64,000 bases of DNA from IMG/VR virus record IMGVR_UViG_3300045988_113151, one strand, 5' to 3'. Each line of letters opens with the position of its first letter. Position 1 is the stretch's first letter. The translations under genes and the position numbers were made by a program. Of the stretch, positions 13,616 through 26,844 are shown piece after piece. This stretch comes from a virus. Below the pieces are notes generated by a model that saw only the letters and a list, made by a program, of their open reading frames with translations, was not told where the DNA came from and did not search any database.

Positions 13616-16600
13616 ATGGCTAAGAAAAATAAATTTGATTTGAATTCTCCTTCACTGGGACAAAACCTAGTGAAGGATAATATGTCTCAGTATGCTAGTA
13701 TGATAGATTTAGATAATCTACCAGAAAAATATAATATTAATAAACTAACTACTGAAATTGAAGAGCCTGTAGTAGAATGGTCTCCTGAAAATGCTGTTAA
13801 ACACGACGGAGAAGTAATGTACGAATTAGGTAAGGGTCTAGTTAGTTTTTTAGACAATACTAAAAATTTAGTAAATTATATTGGAAAGGAAAGACTAAGC
13901 GTAGGTTTAAGCAAGTTGCAAGATAATCTAATGGAGACTGAGGCTAGATGGCTTCCAGAAATAGAATAGGCTCAGGCTTATTTGAACGCTAAACAAATAG
14001 TAGATTCTATACCTCAAGCTGCTACGTTGAATGATGAGCAAAGACAAGCCGTTCAAGTTGTTAATGAGTTAGAGCCAAAGATAAAAGAAAGCGCTAAAAC
14101 AAATCCATACATACGTGATATATTCTATGATACTAACAATAGAGGTTTACATGGCAATATGTTGATTAATGTAAAAGCCGCTTTAAATGATTTTACTGAC
14201 AAAAACATATTCAACGTAAACCCTTTTGATAATATAGCTACAGCACTACAGGATAATGCTTTAAATGAAGATGATACTCAGTTCTTATGGGATGCTAAAC
14301 AACAGCAAATAGATGACAAACAGAGGCAAGAATTGTTATCTTAGGCTTTAAATAATGCTAAGAATGAGTATGGAGATAAAACTGATGATATTTTAAAAAG
14401 ACAAAACACCTTAAAAAAAGGTGGATGGTTATATGATCCTGCTTCCTTGTCAAAAGAATTTGAGGATAAAGTAAATACCTCTGAACTATCAATAACAGAC
14501 CCAAAATCTTGGTTTTATAACTTGGGACACATAGGTAGTTCTTTGTCTGAAATTGAGTTAATGTTTTTACAAACTGGAGCATCTGTACTAGCTAATAAAT
14601 CTGCTAGAAGTTTAGCTGTTAAAAGTGCTTTAACTAAAACTCCATATGTTGGTCATATAGCTACAGCTATAGCTCTAGGTGAGCAGGCATTTAACTTATG
14701 GATGGCTAAACATTATAGACAGTCTGAAACTGCTAGCGAAGTTTTTGATAACTATCAGCAACGAATACTAACCAGTGCAATCGAAGGTAAATCAGACTTA
14801 GACCGTGTATATCAACAATGGATTCCACAATTAGAAAAATTAGGATATGAAGTAGATAACATGGATGATTAGGAAATACTACAAGCTGGTTTAGCACAAG
14901 GTTTATCTACAGATCAATAGGATTTTGAAGCGATACGCTCTGACGCATTTAATGGCTTATAGGAAGTAAGAGATGTAAATAATGCTCTAAGTTATGTCGA
15001 TTACTTAGAAACAATGCCTTTCTCTTATGGTGGTAAAATATTGTGGAATAACGCAAGTAAATAGTTAGCTAAACGAAAAGGAATACAGAGACCTCTTGAA
15101 GAAGTACCAGGAGTATTTGAACAACTAGGATTAGATAAAGTGGCATCCAAAACTATTGCTAAAGCTTTAACAAAAACATCTGGAAATATTGGTAAAAATA
15201 TAACTAGAAAACACTTATTGGAAAACATAGGAAGTTTTGCTAAGGCTAATGGTATTACTATGTTATCTGAAAGAACAGAAGAAGGTATACAGAGTGTAGT
15301 TGGTTCTAGATATCAGAGAGGAGAGTATGATAAGCTTGGAGAAAAAGGTATTGGTCCTGTAAGAGCAGCTGCTGAAGCTGGATTATTAGGTTTAGAAGCC
15401 AATTTAGCATACTTTGGATTATCCAATGATAACTACTTAAACACTGACGAAGAACTCAGAAAAGCCATGGATATTGGTGGTTTTATAGGATTTATAATGC
15501 CAATAGCTGGTAACGCTGTGAAAATTAAGGATATAGTTAATCAATATGCTTCTGATAAGAATATGAATATGCTTGTAGCTAAAGGATACGATAATGCAGA
15601 GAAAGATAATAAAATGGATGTATTCTTAGATGCTACAAATTCTGGTAAAGGTTTGAAGTACGTTACTGATTACTTAGAATCAATGAAATCATTTAAACAG
15701 AGCGGAGTAACTGATTAGATGATTGAAGAAGATAAATAGCTAGCTACTAAAATTTGGTCAGAGTATCATAACAAATCGTTGAATGATAATCTGAAAAACT
15801 TAGGCATAGATAGGGGTAGTGATGATCATAAAAGAATAATAAAGAACTATGTACATATTAGTGAAAGATTAAAGGAAGCGGAAAGTGATTTCGATTATAT
15901 ATCCAAGGAACTAGAAAAGTTAGTTGATGCTGGATAGAATAATCTTGATGAAATATTCTTACAAAAGGCTAAGGAATCATATGACGCCACGTTTAAAGAT
16001 CAGCAAGATGATAGTAAAAAACCCACTATAGAAGAATACAGTAAAGTACTATACAATATATCTTTTTTAAAATTGCAAAGACAAGCTTTGTCAGAATTAA
16101 AAGAAGATATTAAAAATAGAAAAAAACAACTGTCTGAAGTAGCTTCAGATACTGGTCTTCGTGTAAATATTTCTGGAGTAAAAGCTATCGACAAAGAGAT
16201 AGATAATTTGTCACAACAAGTAAATGACCGAATAAATTCTTTATCAAAAACTCTTGGAATAAATGACATCAACTTAGTTCAAGATCCTATTAATAGTGAT
16301 GAAATAAAGCAATATTTTACAGCTTACGCTATGAATAAGGCTGTACGTGATAATATTGAAAAACAAGTACTACCATATATAACAGGTAGACTAAGCTATG
16401 AAAATGCAGTTGACATACTTGAAGATACTAAGTTGTTAAAGGAAATGGAAGATTTAGTACAAACAGATAAGCATAAAATAGCTATGGCTAATGCTTTGTT
16501 TGTTCAACATATGAATAGAACTAAATCTCAGGAAAAAATAGCAACTAGAGAAAAAGAAGAAGAAGGTGAAGTATTACCAGAACCAGAGCAATCTGACATT

Positions 16601-19600
16601 TAGACTGAACTAACATAGCAACAAAGCTCTCAACAAGAACAAACCAAAGAACAAGTTTACGAATCTCCTGTATTAGAAGGTGTAAAACCTGAGCCTACAG
16701 TTCAAGAAGGTATTGTGGATTCAGAGCCACAAGTTGGAGCATTATCTACAGCAGATGAAATATTAAAAGCTGAAGAAGAAGCCGAAGCATAGAGAAAAGG
16801 AAAACAATTAATAATCGAACCAGGTTCAGATGATGTAGCAATATTAGAACCTACATTAGAAGAGTAGACTCAATCTGGAATACAAGAAGAAGAGGAAATA
16901 CGTAATATACAAGCTTCTACAGAAACTGTTATAGAATAGCAGTCAGACTTGGGTTCTGTACAGATTGGTACACCTAGTCCAGCTGAATTAGAAGCCGAAG
17001 ATGTTAATAATAGAACAGCACAATCTACTGAAGATGAACCTAAAGTAGAACAACCCACTTAGGACAATACTCCATTGGAGGATAATGTTGTAGAAAAAGC
17101 TACTGAGAAACAAGCGTAGGTAATTAAGGATGAAAGTAACCCTGTTCCCCCTACTTCAGATTAGGTTGAAGAGTCTAAACAAGAACCAGAACAGACTCCT
17201 ATTACTATAGTAGACGGAGGTGTGTACGTAAATGGAACTACCTTTGTGTCAGATGATGTTTTATAGACTGAATACTTATTGTCCAGTGAGGATATAGAAA
17301 TAGAGACTTATGGAGAAACAGCTTTTGCTAATAAGCATCCAGAGAGAGTAGTAAACGATACTGATGCTTTAACTAACAGAAAGACATAGAAAGTAAAACA
17401 TGTATCTAATACTTTCTTTTTCCAACCTAATGCTACAGAACCTATGAATGTTACAGTAAACGGTAAGCCTGTAGTTTTTACTAATAGTAAAGGAGAGAAA
17501 TTAGATGTATTGTCTGGTTCTGTATTAGCTAGCAGATTAATTAAGAACGGATGGTTAGATACTACTAATCAGTATTTTATTGTTACCAACCATAAATATG
17601 GAGATGGAGATGTTTATAAACAAGCTATTCATTTGGTTATAGAAGATACCGATGGAGTAATGATAGCGTCATTAAGAACTCCTGATTACGTAGATAAAGA
17701 GATTGCTAGTGGAAATTATAATCAGGAACAGATAAAAATGCTTCAATAGCAGAAGGAGCAACTTATTGCATTACGCCAAAAGATAGTAAACTCTTATTTG
17801 GGGTCCAATAAAATTATTCCCACTAACATAATTAAAACAGTTAAGCCTGCTGGTTTAAGAATAAGCAACGGAGAGTTCAATAATCAAAAAACTGCTGATG
17901 AAGCCCCTCTCAGAAGAAAGTTAACCCAAGTTTCTGATTTAAATCTACCTACTGATAATGTTATAGCCTTAGATGAAGCTATTAGTAACGGAGAACTAGA
18001 AATAGGATATGGAACTGGTTCTGTTGAGGAATTTGTATCTGAACCATTTGTTATACGTAAACTGGGTTCAGATACTGAATTAGTAGACAGTAAAGGCAAA
18101 GGTAGATCTGGTGCACTATATCTAATACCTAAGAAAGAACAAACTCCTAATGGTGCAATCGCTCCGATTCAATTATCTATAGCAAAATTAGATACAAATA
18201 TATATGGTGAAGATATTGAATTAGGTTCTGGCAATAAAGTAAATTCAGTGGCTGAGCTTGCATATAAGCTATTAGTTGGTGAAATAAAACTAGCTGGAGC
18301 AGAATAGGATGTATTAGATATAATAGTTAGAAATGGTTCTAAAACTCTTATAAGTAAAGAAGTAGGTGAGAAATATCCGTTCTTACTAGATAAGATGTTA
18401 TATTATAATGAAACAGATCCTAATAGACCTCATTTGCAATATGCAGTTAAAAATTCAAATGGTACATATAGTAGAGTAGAATTCAACCCTAACAGAGTAT
18501 CAGAGCAGATTAAGAAAAATGCTATAAGAAAGATAGCTAAAGACATGCACTGGAATACTGAGAAATACGCATTACTTGAACCAATACCTTCAAGAATTGT
18601 GAATTTGGGTAAATCCTATTTCAAATAGTTTCCCAATGAGAAAGTGTATAAGATAGCTGGATTAAAAGATTTATCCTTTACTAAGGAAGATCTAGGAATC
18701 GGCACTGAACACGGTCCTGTATCATTGTTGGCTTGGATGATTAATACTGGTAAGATTCAAACGGACTTAGGGGATACTATATTTAAAGCTCCTTTTATAT
18801 ATGCTGATGGTGTTGCTGTGCCTTAGATAACAGAAAGTGTCTCACAACAACCAAAGGGAGTAAGTCAAGCAAGAGCGTTAGTAGATATACGGAATAATGA
18901 TTAGAAACACAATATTGAAACAAAAGAAGATAAAGAATTACAATAGAAAGAAGTAATAGGTAAGCCTACTATACAGTATGTTTCTACTGAGGAAAACTGG
19001 TCAGAAGAACAAATTAGAGATTGGATGAAAGCCAACTCTCCCCAATACAAGTATAAAGTAGGTAAATGGTAGATAATTAGAAAAGACGGACAGCTTAAAG
19101 CTGCTATGAAAGTAGCTAAAAGAGGTCTTGCTTCGCAATTTAAAGGTGAAGGTAAGTTCAATGAAACCTAGGCAAGAAAATGGTTACATGATACACTAGG
19201 ATTAGATAAATCTGATGTGATAGTTTCTGAAGCGGTATTCAGAATGGCTGGAGCTCCTGAAGTGTATGGCGCTGTCAAGACATGCATGGATAGATTAAGT
19301 GGAGATTATATAGCTAGAATATTCTTATCAGAACAAGCTGGTTAGGGAATAGAGTATCATGAAGCATTCCACTATGTTAGTAACTTGTTATTGAGTAATA
19401 AAGTAAGAGAAAACGTTTATAGCGATTATATAAGCCTTCACCCAGAATTTGAAAATGCAACTAAGAGAGAAATAGAAGAAGCTCTTGCTGAGGAATTTAA
19501 AGAGTACATGCTCAATGAAAATAGACCATTCCTCAAGTCTTTAAAATATAGAATCAAAAAAGCATTTAGTGCTATTAAATACGCATTTAGAATAACTAGA

Positions 19601-22600
19601 AATGGTAATTTAGTAAGAACATTGTTTAAACAAATACGAAAAGGGGAATTTAAACAATATAAGCCATCTGAATCTTTAATGAAAGAATTCAATGATAAAT
19701 TTGGGGGATTCTTAAATTATTATGTTCCTGGAGTATCAGAAGATCAGTTAAAAAAAATAGCTTCTATAGGCGATGCTTCTACTTTCTACGCTGTAGTAGA
19801 TTCTCTTAATGCTACAGTTATGGATACATTTAACATCAGTAAAATAGAAGATTTACAAGACTTGCCTCAAAAGATTGATGATATATTTGAGGATATTCTT
19901 GCTACTAATCTAGAAATGGGTATGTATCCAGAAGAAACTGAACAATTAATAAGGGACGTAATCAGTAATAAGGAAGTATTTAAAAAGCAGATTGACGATT
20001 ATTTAAGAAACTTCAGTATTATAAAAAAGAATAATCCAGAAGCTTAGCAAGATGAGCAAAACGATATAGATACAGGTAAACCAGATAACACTTGGGATAA
20101 GGAAAGTTACACAATAAGTAAGAAAGCTAATGTAGCATTTAAAGCTAAATTACTATTGTACTCCATACCGAAAACAAGATACGAATTTGATCCAGAAACT
20201 GGAGAAAAGGTATTAGTAGAGGTAGAAGATGACTTACTTATGACTACAAGATCTGAAGATTTTAATGTGGTATGGAATAAGGTACTTGAAAATCTTTGGA
20301 ATGTAGAAAGTTACTTAGATATAGTAGATGAATGCTACAATCTTGGTAAGACTGACCCATTCTTTATGACTTTATATAATAAGTTAACATCCAAAGATGA
20401 CCCAATAGATGAGGTTACTAAAACATAGTTACTTAATACAGTTAAAAGTGCTAAAAATAGTTTAGTAGCTATTGTAGTAGAAAAAAGAGTGTTGAGTAAG
20501 ACAGAAACTATGGGTTCTGATGAGCAAATTCAATATGTTACTGAGCAAATAGCTAAAGAACTTAATTGGAGAATATAGGATTCAGATGTATATCGAAAGA
20601 CTAGTCGTTTACCAAAACAATGGTCTAACGCATTCTTTATGTCCGATTTGATAGACGTTAACTCAGATGGTACTAGAACTATTAACAGTGGTAAATTTTT
20701 AAGTGCTATATGGAGTAAAAAAACCAAGTTGGATTCCCTATTAAATAAGGCTGAATTGTCTAAAGAACAGTATACACAAGCTAGAGAACTGTTTATAGAT
20801 ATATGTAACAATTTATCTATAAATATGGACGACCTATCATTAGATTATTTGTTGAGCAATAATGGTAAAGAACCTGATTATAAGTCATTAAAACAATTCT
20901 GGCATGGTACTACTCCTAGTACATCTTTTGTTAAGAGTATACTTAATAATATTAATACAGCATCACAAAATGGAAGTAGTTCTATAGCTACTCGTGGTGG
21001 TAGTACTGCTAGATCATTTGACCGTATATTTACTACTAGAAACCCTAAAGCTCAAATAAATCAAATGGCTATAGCTTGGGGTAGAACTCACCCATCACCA
21101 GAAGAATTTAGTGTTACTGGAGCAGGTGGTAACTTAGTCTATCCTATTACAGAGAATAACTACATGTCTGATCAAATAAGATGGCTAAAGAAAGATATTA
21201 ATGGTAAAAGAGACCTTCTTAGTAAGAACCCATATTCTGCTAACTCTTTATTACTAGCTACTTTAAATAGCAAACCTAGCACTATAAAACTTAGTACTTA
21301 TCTGAACTTAGAAGAAAATCTATAGAATACTAATAGAGATTACTTTGGTATATCTCCTATAGAAGATTATATATCAAAACTTACATTTGGTTTCAACAAT
21401 CATCTGTTTTGTCCCACGATGTCAGATAAAAAGACTTGGCACACTATTAGTGGAATATAGATGGTTAAGGACTTCTTACCTTCTACAGTATTTTCAGAGT
21501 ATGAATATGACAAAGATACTTAGGAACTTATCGGAGCTAAATACACCAGAACAGAAAGAAGATTTTCCGATAGAACTATTGGTATTTTCAAAGGATATCT
21601 TAGAGATGAATATAATGCAATATAGAAATATTTTGCTACCAAAAAACAGGTAATAGACAATCCTAATTTACAAGTAGGTAATTACTACGGAACTAAAAAA
21701 GGTAACTATGCTGACGGAAATGGAGGTAGATTTAGATATTTCAATGTATTAACTATAGATGGAGTTAAATATAATCTAAATGAGCAACTAGCTAAAGCTG
21801 AGTATGCTAATGATGAAGTAGCTATTAAAAATTTATTAGATGTTATTAAGCAAGCGTTAGATAAAGATACTAGTATAAATGATGCCATTAATACTATGCT
21901 TGTAGAATATGCTAATGATGAAGTATAGAAAGCTATAGAGTTAGGAGTAATATCTAAGAAATTAGAAAATAAGTATATTCCAGATAATATACTTCATACT
22001 CCACAATCTGTAAAAGATAGTAAATCTAAGAAAAATAAAAAAGCTAAGGAAGAGGATGAGTTTATTGTAGATGAAAGTTTTGAAACTAAGTTCTCTGATA
22101 TAGATAGCCAAGATAAAGAAAGCGATTTAGTATATTCAGTAATAGCTTCACATGCTATAAATAGTGCTATATCAACTATCGAGATAGAGAAATGTTTTAC
22201 TGGAGACCCAGCTTTATATAAATGGCAAAAAGAACTGGTAATATATAAACCAAATGATGCATCATTTGAGCCTGTAATATCTAATGAAAGATCTCTTAAA
22301 GAATGGGTATCTAAGCGTTAGGATAATAACGAATTGGACGGAAATCCCTCTGAATACTCTGCTTACTATATGATTACAGGTAGAGATGTTGATAAAATCA
22401 AGCGTCTATCTTCAGTATTATCTACTGGTACTAATCTTAGAACGAAGTTCGGTAATACTAAAGATGAAGAAAATAGAACTAACTCAAAATTTCAAGTATT
22501 ACAATTAAAAGATAATGAAATAGGTTCTACTGTATATGATACTTTGTATTAGATGTTTAGAACATCTCTTATAAAAGATATGTATCAAAAAGAGTTTAAT

Positions 22601-25600
22601 CTTACAGATTAGCAAGCATTGAACGGAGTTAAACCAGAATCTATTAATGCTACTTTGGGTAGACTTAAAAAGAAAAATCCCAAAGCAATAGAATTTATCG
22701 AAAAACAAGCTAAAGCTAGTGCAAAACCATATTCAGATGGAGAGATAAACCAAGCGGATGCTGCTGTATATATTAGACCAGAGTTCTATAAGAAAATGAT
22801 GATTGCTCTTGGTGAGTGGAGTGATGAAATAGCTGAAGCATATAGGATTATGGAAGAGTCTGATGATTGGTTATCAGATGTAGATTTATACAACAAAGCT
22901 GTAAAAGCAATTACCCAACCTCTTAAGATGGTATACTTTGGTGATCATTTTGATGAAACGTTAGGTATGAACGTTAATACATTTGATAAAATGGCTCTTT
23001 TCCCATTGTTTAAGTCGTTTGCTAAAGCCGATAACAAGTATCTATATGACCGTATGAATGATGAAAGCAAGGGAGTAATAGATATGGTAGCTTTCGAATC
23101 AGCTATTAAAGTAGGTGGTAGACAGAAACTGTCATACTATAAAGATGGTAAAGTTAATTTAAGTGAACTTGATAAACCCAGTGATATAGATGGTAGAAAC
23201 GGAAATGGTTTGGCTACTTATACTCAAGATCTTAATCAAATCAGATTGCAGTTAAATACTGACCCTCATGAACATTTAGAAAGAGCTTTTGGTACTCAAG
23301 CTATTAAGATTGGTTTTGCAAACGTTGTAGATACACGTGATTATGGAGCAAATAAAGGGTTGGCAGTAAAAGGGGCAGATATTAAGCGTAATATTATGGA
23401 CGCTATTAATTCTCTATCAAAGATAGGATAGGATGAAATAAGAAGAGAGTTCTTTACTAAAGGTCACGTCGATAATAGAAAAATAGTCAATTATTTATAG
23501 AGGCAAGCTACTAATTCTGGTATGTCTGCTGAAATAGTTGCTAACTTAACTGTAGATGATAATGGAGATATCTTAATTCCAATTGAGGCTCAAAGTATTA
23601 GAGACTGGATTCAAACTAAGATAACATCCTTTGTAAACAAAGCAGTAGTAGATGTTAATACTCCTGGTGGTTCTGCTATTCAGATGTCTTCTTTCGCATA
23701 TGAAGCAGTTGGTAGAAATGTGAAAACAGATGAAGGTTTGGCTACAGCTTTTAATGAAGGCAAGAAACTTAAATTCTTAGCTAAAGAAGGTCATATGTAG
23801 GTAATACTTAGTGAAAACTTCTTTAGAGATATATTGCCCAAAGAGCTCAAAGATGCTAGTTATAGTACTAAACGAAAATGGTTAATTGATAATAACATTA
23901 TAGGGGACTCTTCTAAACCGTATGGTATAGGTTATCGTATTCCTACCCAAGGTCTATCCTCAATGTTTGCATTCTAGGTAGCAGATATTATGCCATAGAC
24001 TATTGGAGATACTATAATTGTACCAGAAGAGTTTACAGCAATGACTGGTTCTGATTTTGACGTAGACAAGTTATATTTAGCCACATATGCTTATAAAGAT
24101 GGAGTTAGAGTAGATTCAGAAGAAGATAGTAAAGAAGGAAATATAAATAAACTATTGGATAATTATTCACTAGTGTTAACTGACTTTACTAATATTGCTG
24201 AGACTCGTGCTTCTATTGACACACTTACTAAAATTCTACAAAAGGAAGTATTACCTATTGTTAAGCCTAGCAATAAAACAGAAGTAAAACCAATGTATGA
24301 ACTTGCTCCTTCATTCCAATTATCAAGAAAGACTGAATATACTGGAGGTAAAGCTGGTATTGCTCCATTTGCTTTGAATTCAACTAATCACGCTCTTACA
24401 CAATTTACCCATTTGTGCATTAATTATTCTAATTCAAATAGATATAATTTAGGAGCTTTAGATGAGGTAACAGGGGAAGATAATCAACGCATTATGGACT
24501 GGTTGTCCGCTATGATCAATGCTCATGTAGACGTTGCCAAAGACCCGTACATTATGACACTTAATGTTAATGCTATTACTTATAATATGACTTCTCTATT
24601 ATTACGAGGAGGTAAAGGTGAGAGCACATTCTACTTCTTAGCGCAGCCTGCTTTACGTAGATTTACTAAAGAGATGTTAGAAAGTAAAGGTATTATTGGT
24701 GCAGAAACAGGAGTAACTGAAAAAGACAAACTTAAGCAGATAGCGAAAGATTGTATGGAATATTTAAGAGACACCCTTATAAATATGCCAAGTAGTAGTG
24801 AGGATAAAGCTACATACACTCAATATTACAATGGATTAGCTGGCGAATACGGGTTATCTCAAATACCTGGATATGATAGTGTAGAAGTTGATTATAGTTA
24901 GGTATTTAACAAAGAAGCTGCTTCTAAGTCATTAAAAGACCCTTATTCTGCGCACGGTTTATACCAACAAGTAATATCAATAAGAGCTTATCAGGATTTA
25001 TCTCAGGATACAGAGGTGCTATCTAACTTAGTTCAATTATCTTAGATTGATACTAAGAAGTTCGGAAATACATTGCCTTTACAATTGAACTTTAAGAGAA
25101 GACTTGATAGATATATTGATAATTATTAGGCTAGATTTTATATTAAAAACAGAGATGATATAGAAAAGCCTATAAATTATTATTTATCTTCTACCTTCTT
25201 AAAAAGAAAATTAGACTCTGCTATTAATACTCCTAGAATATTATTAAGTAATCAAGTAATTGAAGCTACTAAAGGATATAAGAAAATATTTAATGCAGCA
25301 TGTGATTTCTTTATAGGTAATTCTTCAGATGGTCAGTTAGTAACTGATTTGTCTAAAATTATTACTACTATGTTGAGAACTAAAGCTGTAGTTAATAACT
25401 TACCTGATTTCAAAATCAGTGATTCTGAGTTCTTAAGTATGTTAAAAGGTCCTAATAGTATGGCTAAATAGTTAACTAAAATTAAAAATGAGTTGCGAAA
25501 ACGTAATGATTTGCCAGCTATTTCGTTCAATGGAGTCATAAAGAATGAGATACTAAACTACTTACAAGAATATGCTTCAGATGGTTCTTTACAAGAATAT

Positions 25601-26842
25601 GATAGAATAGTAACATCAGACAATGCTCTTACTAATACCTCTACTTATGAAAACAGATTATTATCTTCTTACTAGGATTTGTTAGAATGTGAAGATAGTA
25701 GTATAAGAGAGTTCGCTGATAAATTAGGCTTATATGCTTACCTTACTAGTTTTGATAATAGAGGAGTAGATTCGTTCTTTGATGTTATAACTACAGCTTG
25801 GAAGAAATCAAAAGGATATCCAGATGCTATTAAAGCTGCAATAAATATTATGAATGATGATACCTTACAAGGTATGCACTTCTTTGGATTTGACGCTGAA
25901 AGAATACAAAATGGTAATTATTCTTAGATATTTACAGAGATTGCTAGAAATGCTAGTAGAAATGAGAAGTTAGTACCAACTTATGAACTTAATCAATACG
26001 ATAGAAAATTGAATTTAGTACAGTTTAGAGATGGAAGTAGACCGTTACCTGCTACATTTGTTAGTTCTACTAACAAACCTTTTGTTAAAGTGTTAATTAG
26101 AGTTACTAATCCAAATGACTTTATAATATATCAAAAAGTTGCAAGCACATATCAAGTAGATGCTAATGGAGATGAAATCAAGAATACTAGAAAATCTGTG
26201 TATAAAGCTATACCAGCTTTAGGAGTAAAAGATGATAAAAAAGTATACTATGAGTATAATAAAATAGCAGATGAACAATCAGCATTTCCATAGAATGCAT
26301 TTCCTAAAGAAGCTATTATCAGTAGTGCTAAATTGGAAAGTAAGGTAAGAGAAGCGTTTAAAGCGCAAGTTGATAAAAATAAGAGTATACTCATGTATGA
26401 ATCTACAGATGCCATATATGTAAAAACGGCTGAAAGAGTAGAGCAAGTTAACGGATTTGAAGAACCAGAAAAGAGTACATATGGATCTGATATGGAATCT
26501 GCAAATGAAGTTTATAATACAGATGAGTCTCAATCTACTAACACTACAGTTGGCGAAGAGGAATCAATACCTACAACAATTATAGGAGAGACAGAATCTC
26601 CTACGTTATAGGATATGTATTATGATACACAAGACCCTACTCAAACTATAATTAGTGACGATGTGTTGTAGTTCTCAGATGAGACTTTTGGAGAGAACCC
26701 ATATTTTGATACTATCCTTGAGTCTGGTATTGCAGAGTATGAAAATGTACAGGATGTAATAAATAGCTTTGAGAGTACAGAAAATACTTTAACAGATAGT
26801 AATTTTAGTGACGAAGCGTATAAAACTTGTAAAGGTGAATAA
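13616..26842 (+). CDS. giant virion protein (4408 aa): HExxH metalloprotease-like motif plus crAss-type DxDxD RNA polymerase module
   Basis: ATG 13616 to TAA 26840-26842. Every gap between track ORFs was read codon by codon: 53 in-frame TAGs, no TAA/TGA. HEAFH at 19358-19372. YRIPTQGLSS...TAMTGSDFDVDKLY with DFDVD at 24053-24067. Confidence 0.75.
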
Positions 26843-26844
26843 TT

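Noticed and set aside
21387-21653. Plus-strand ORF in frame 0 inside the giant gene
   Set aside because: It overlaps the verified frame-2 reading of 13616-26842 and has no independent support.
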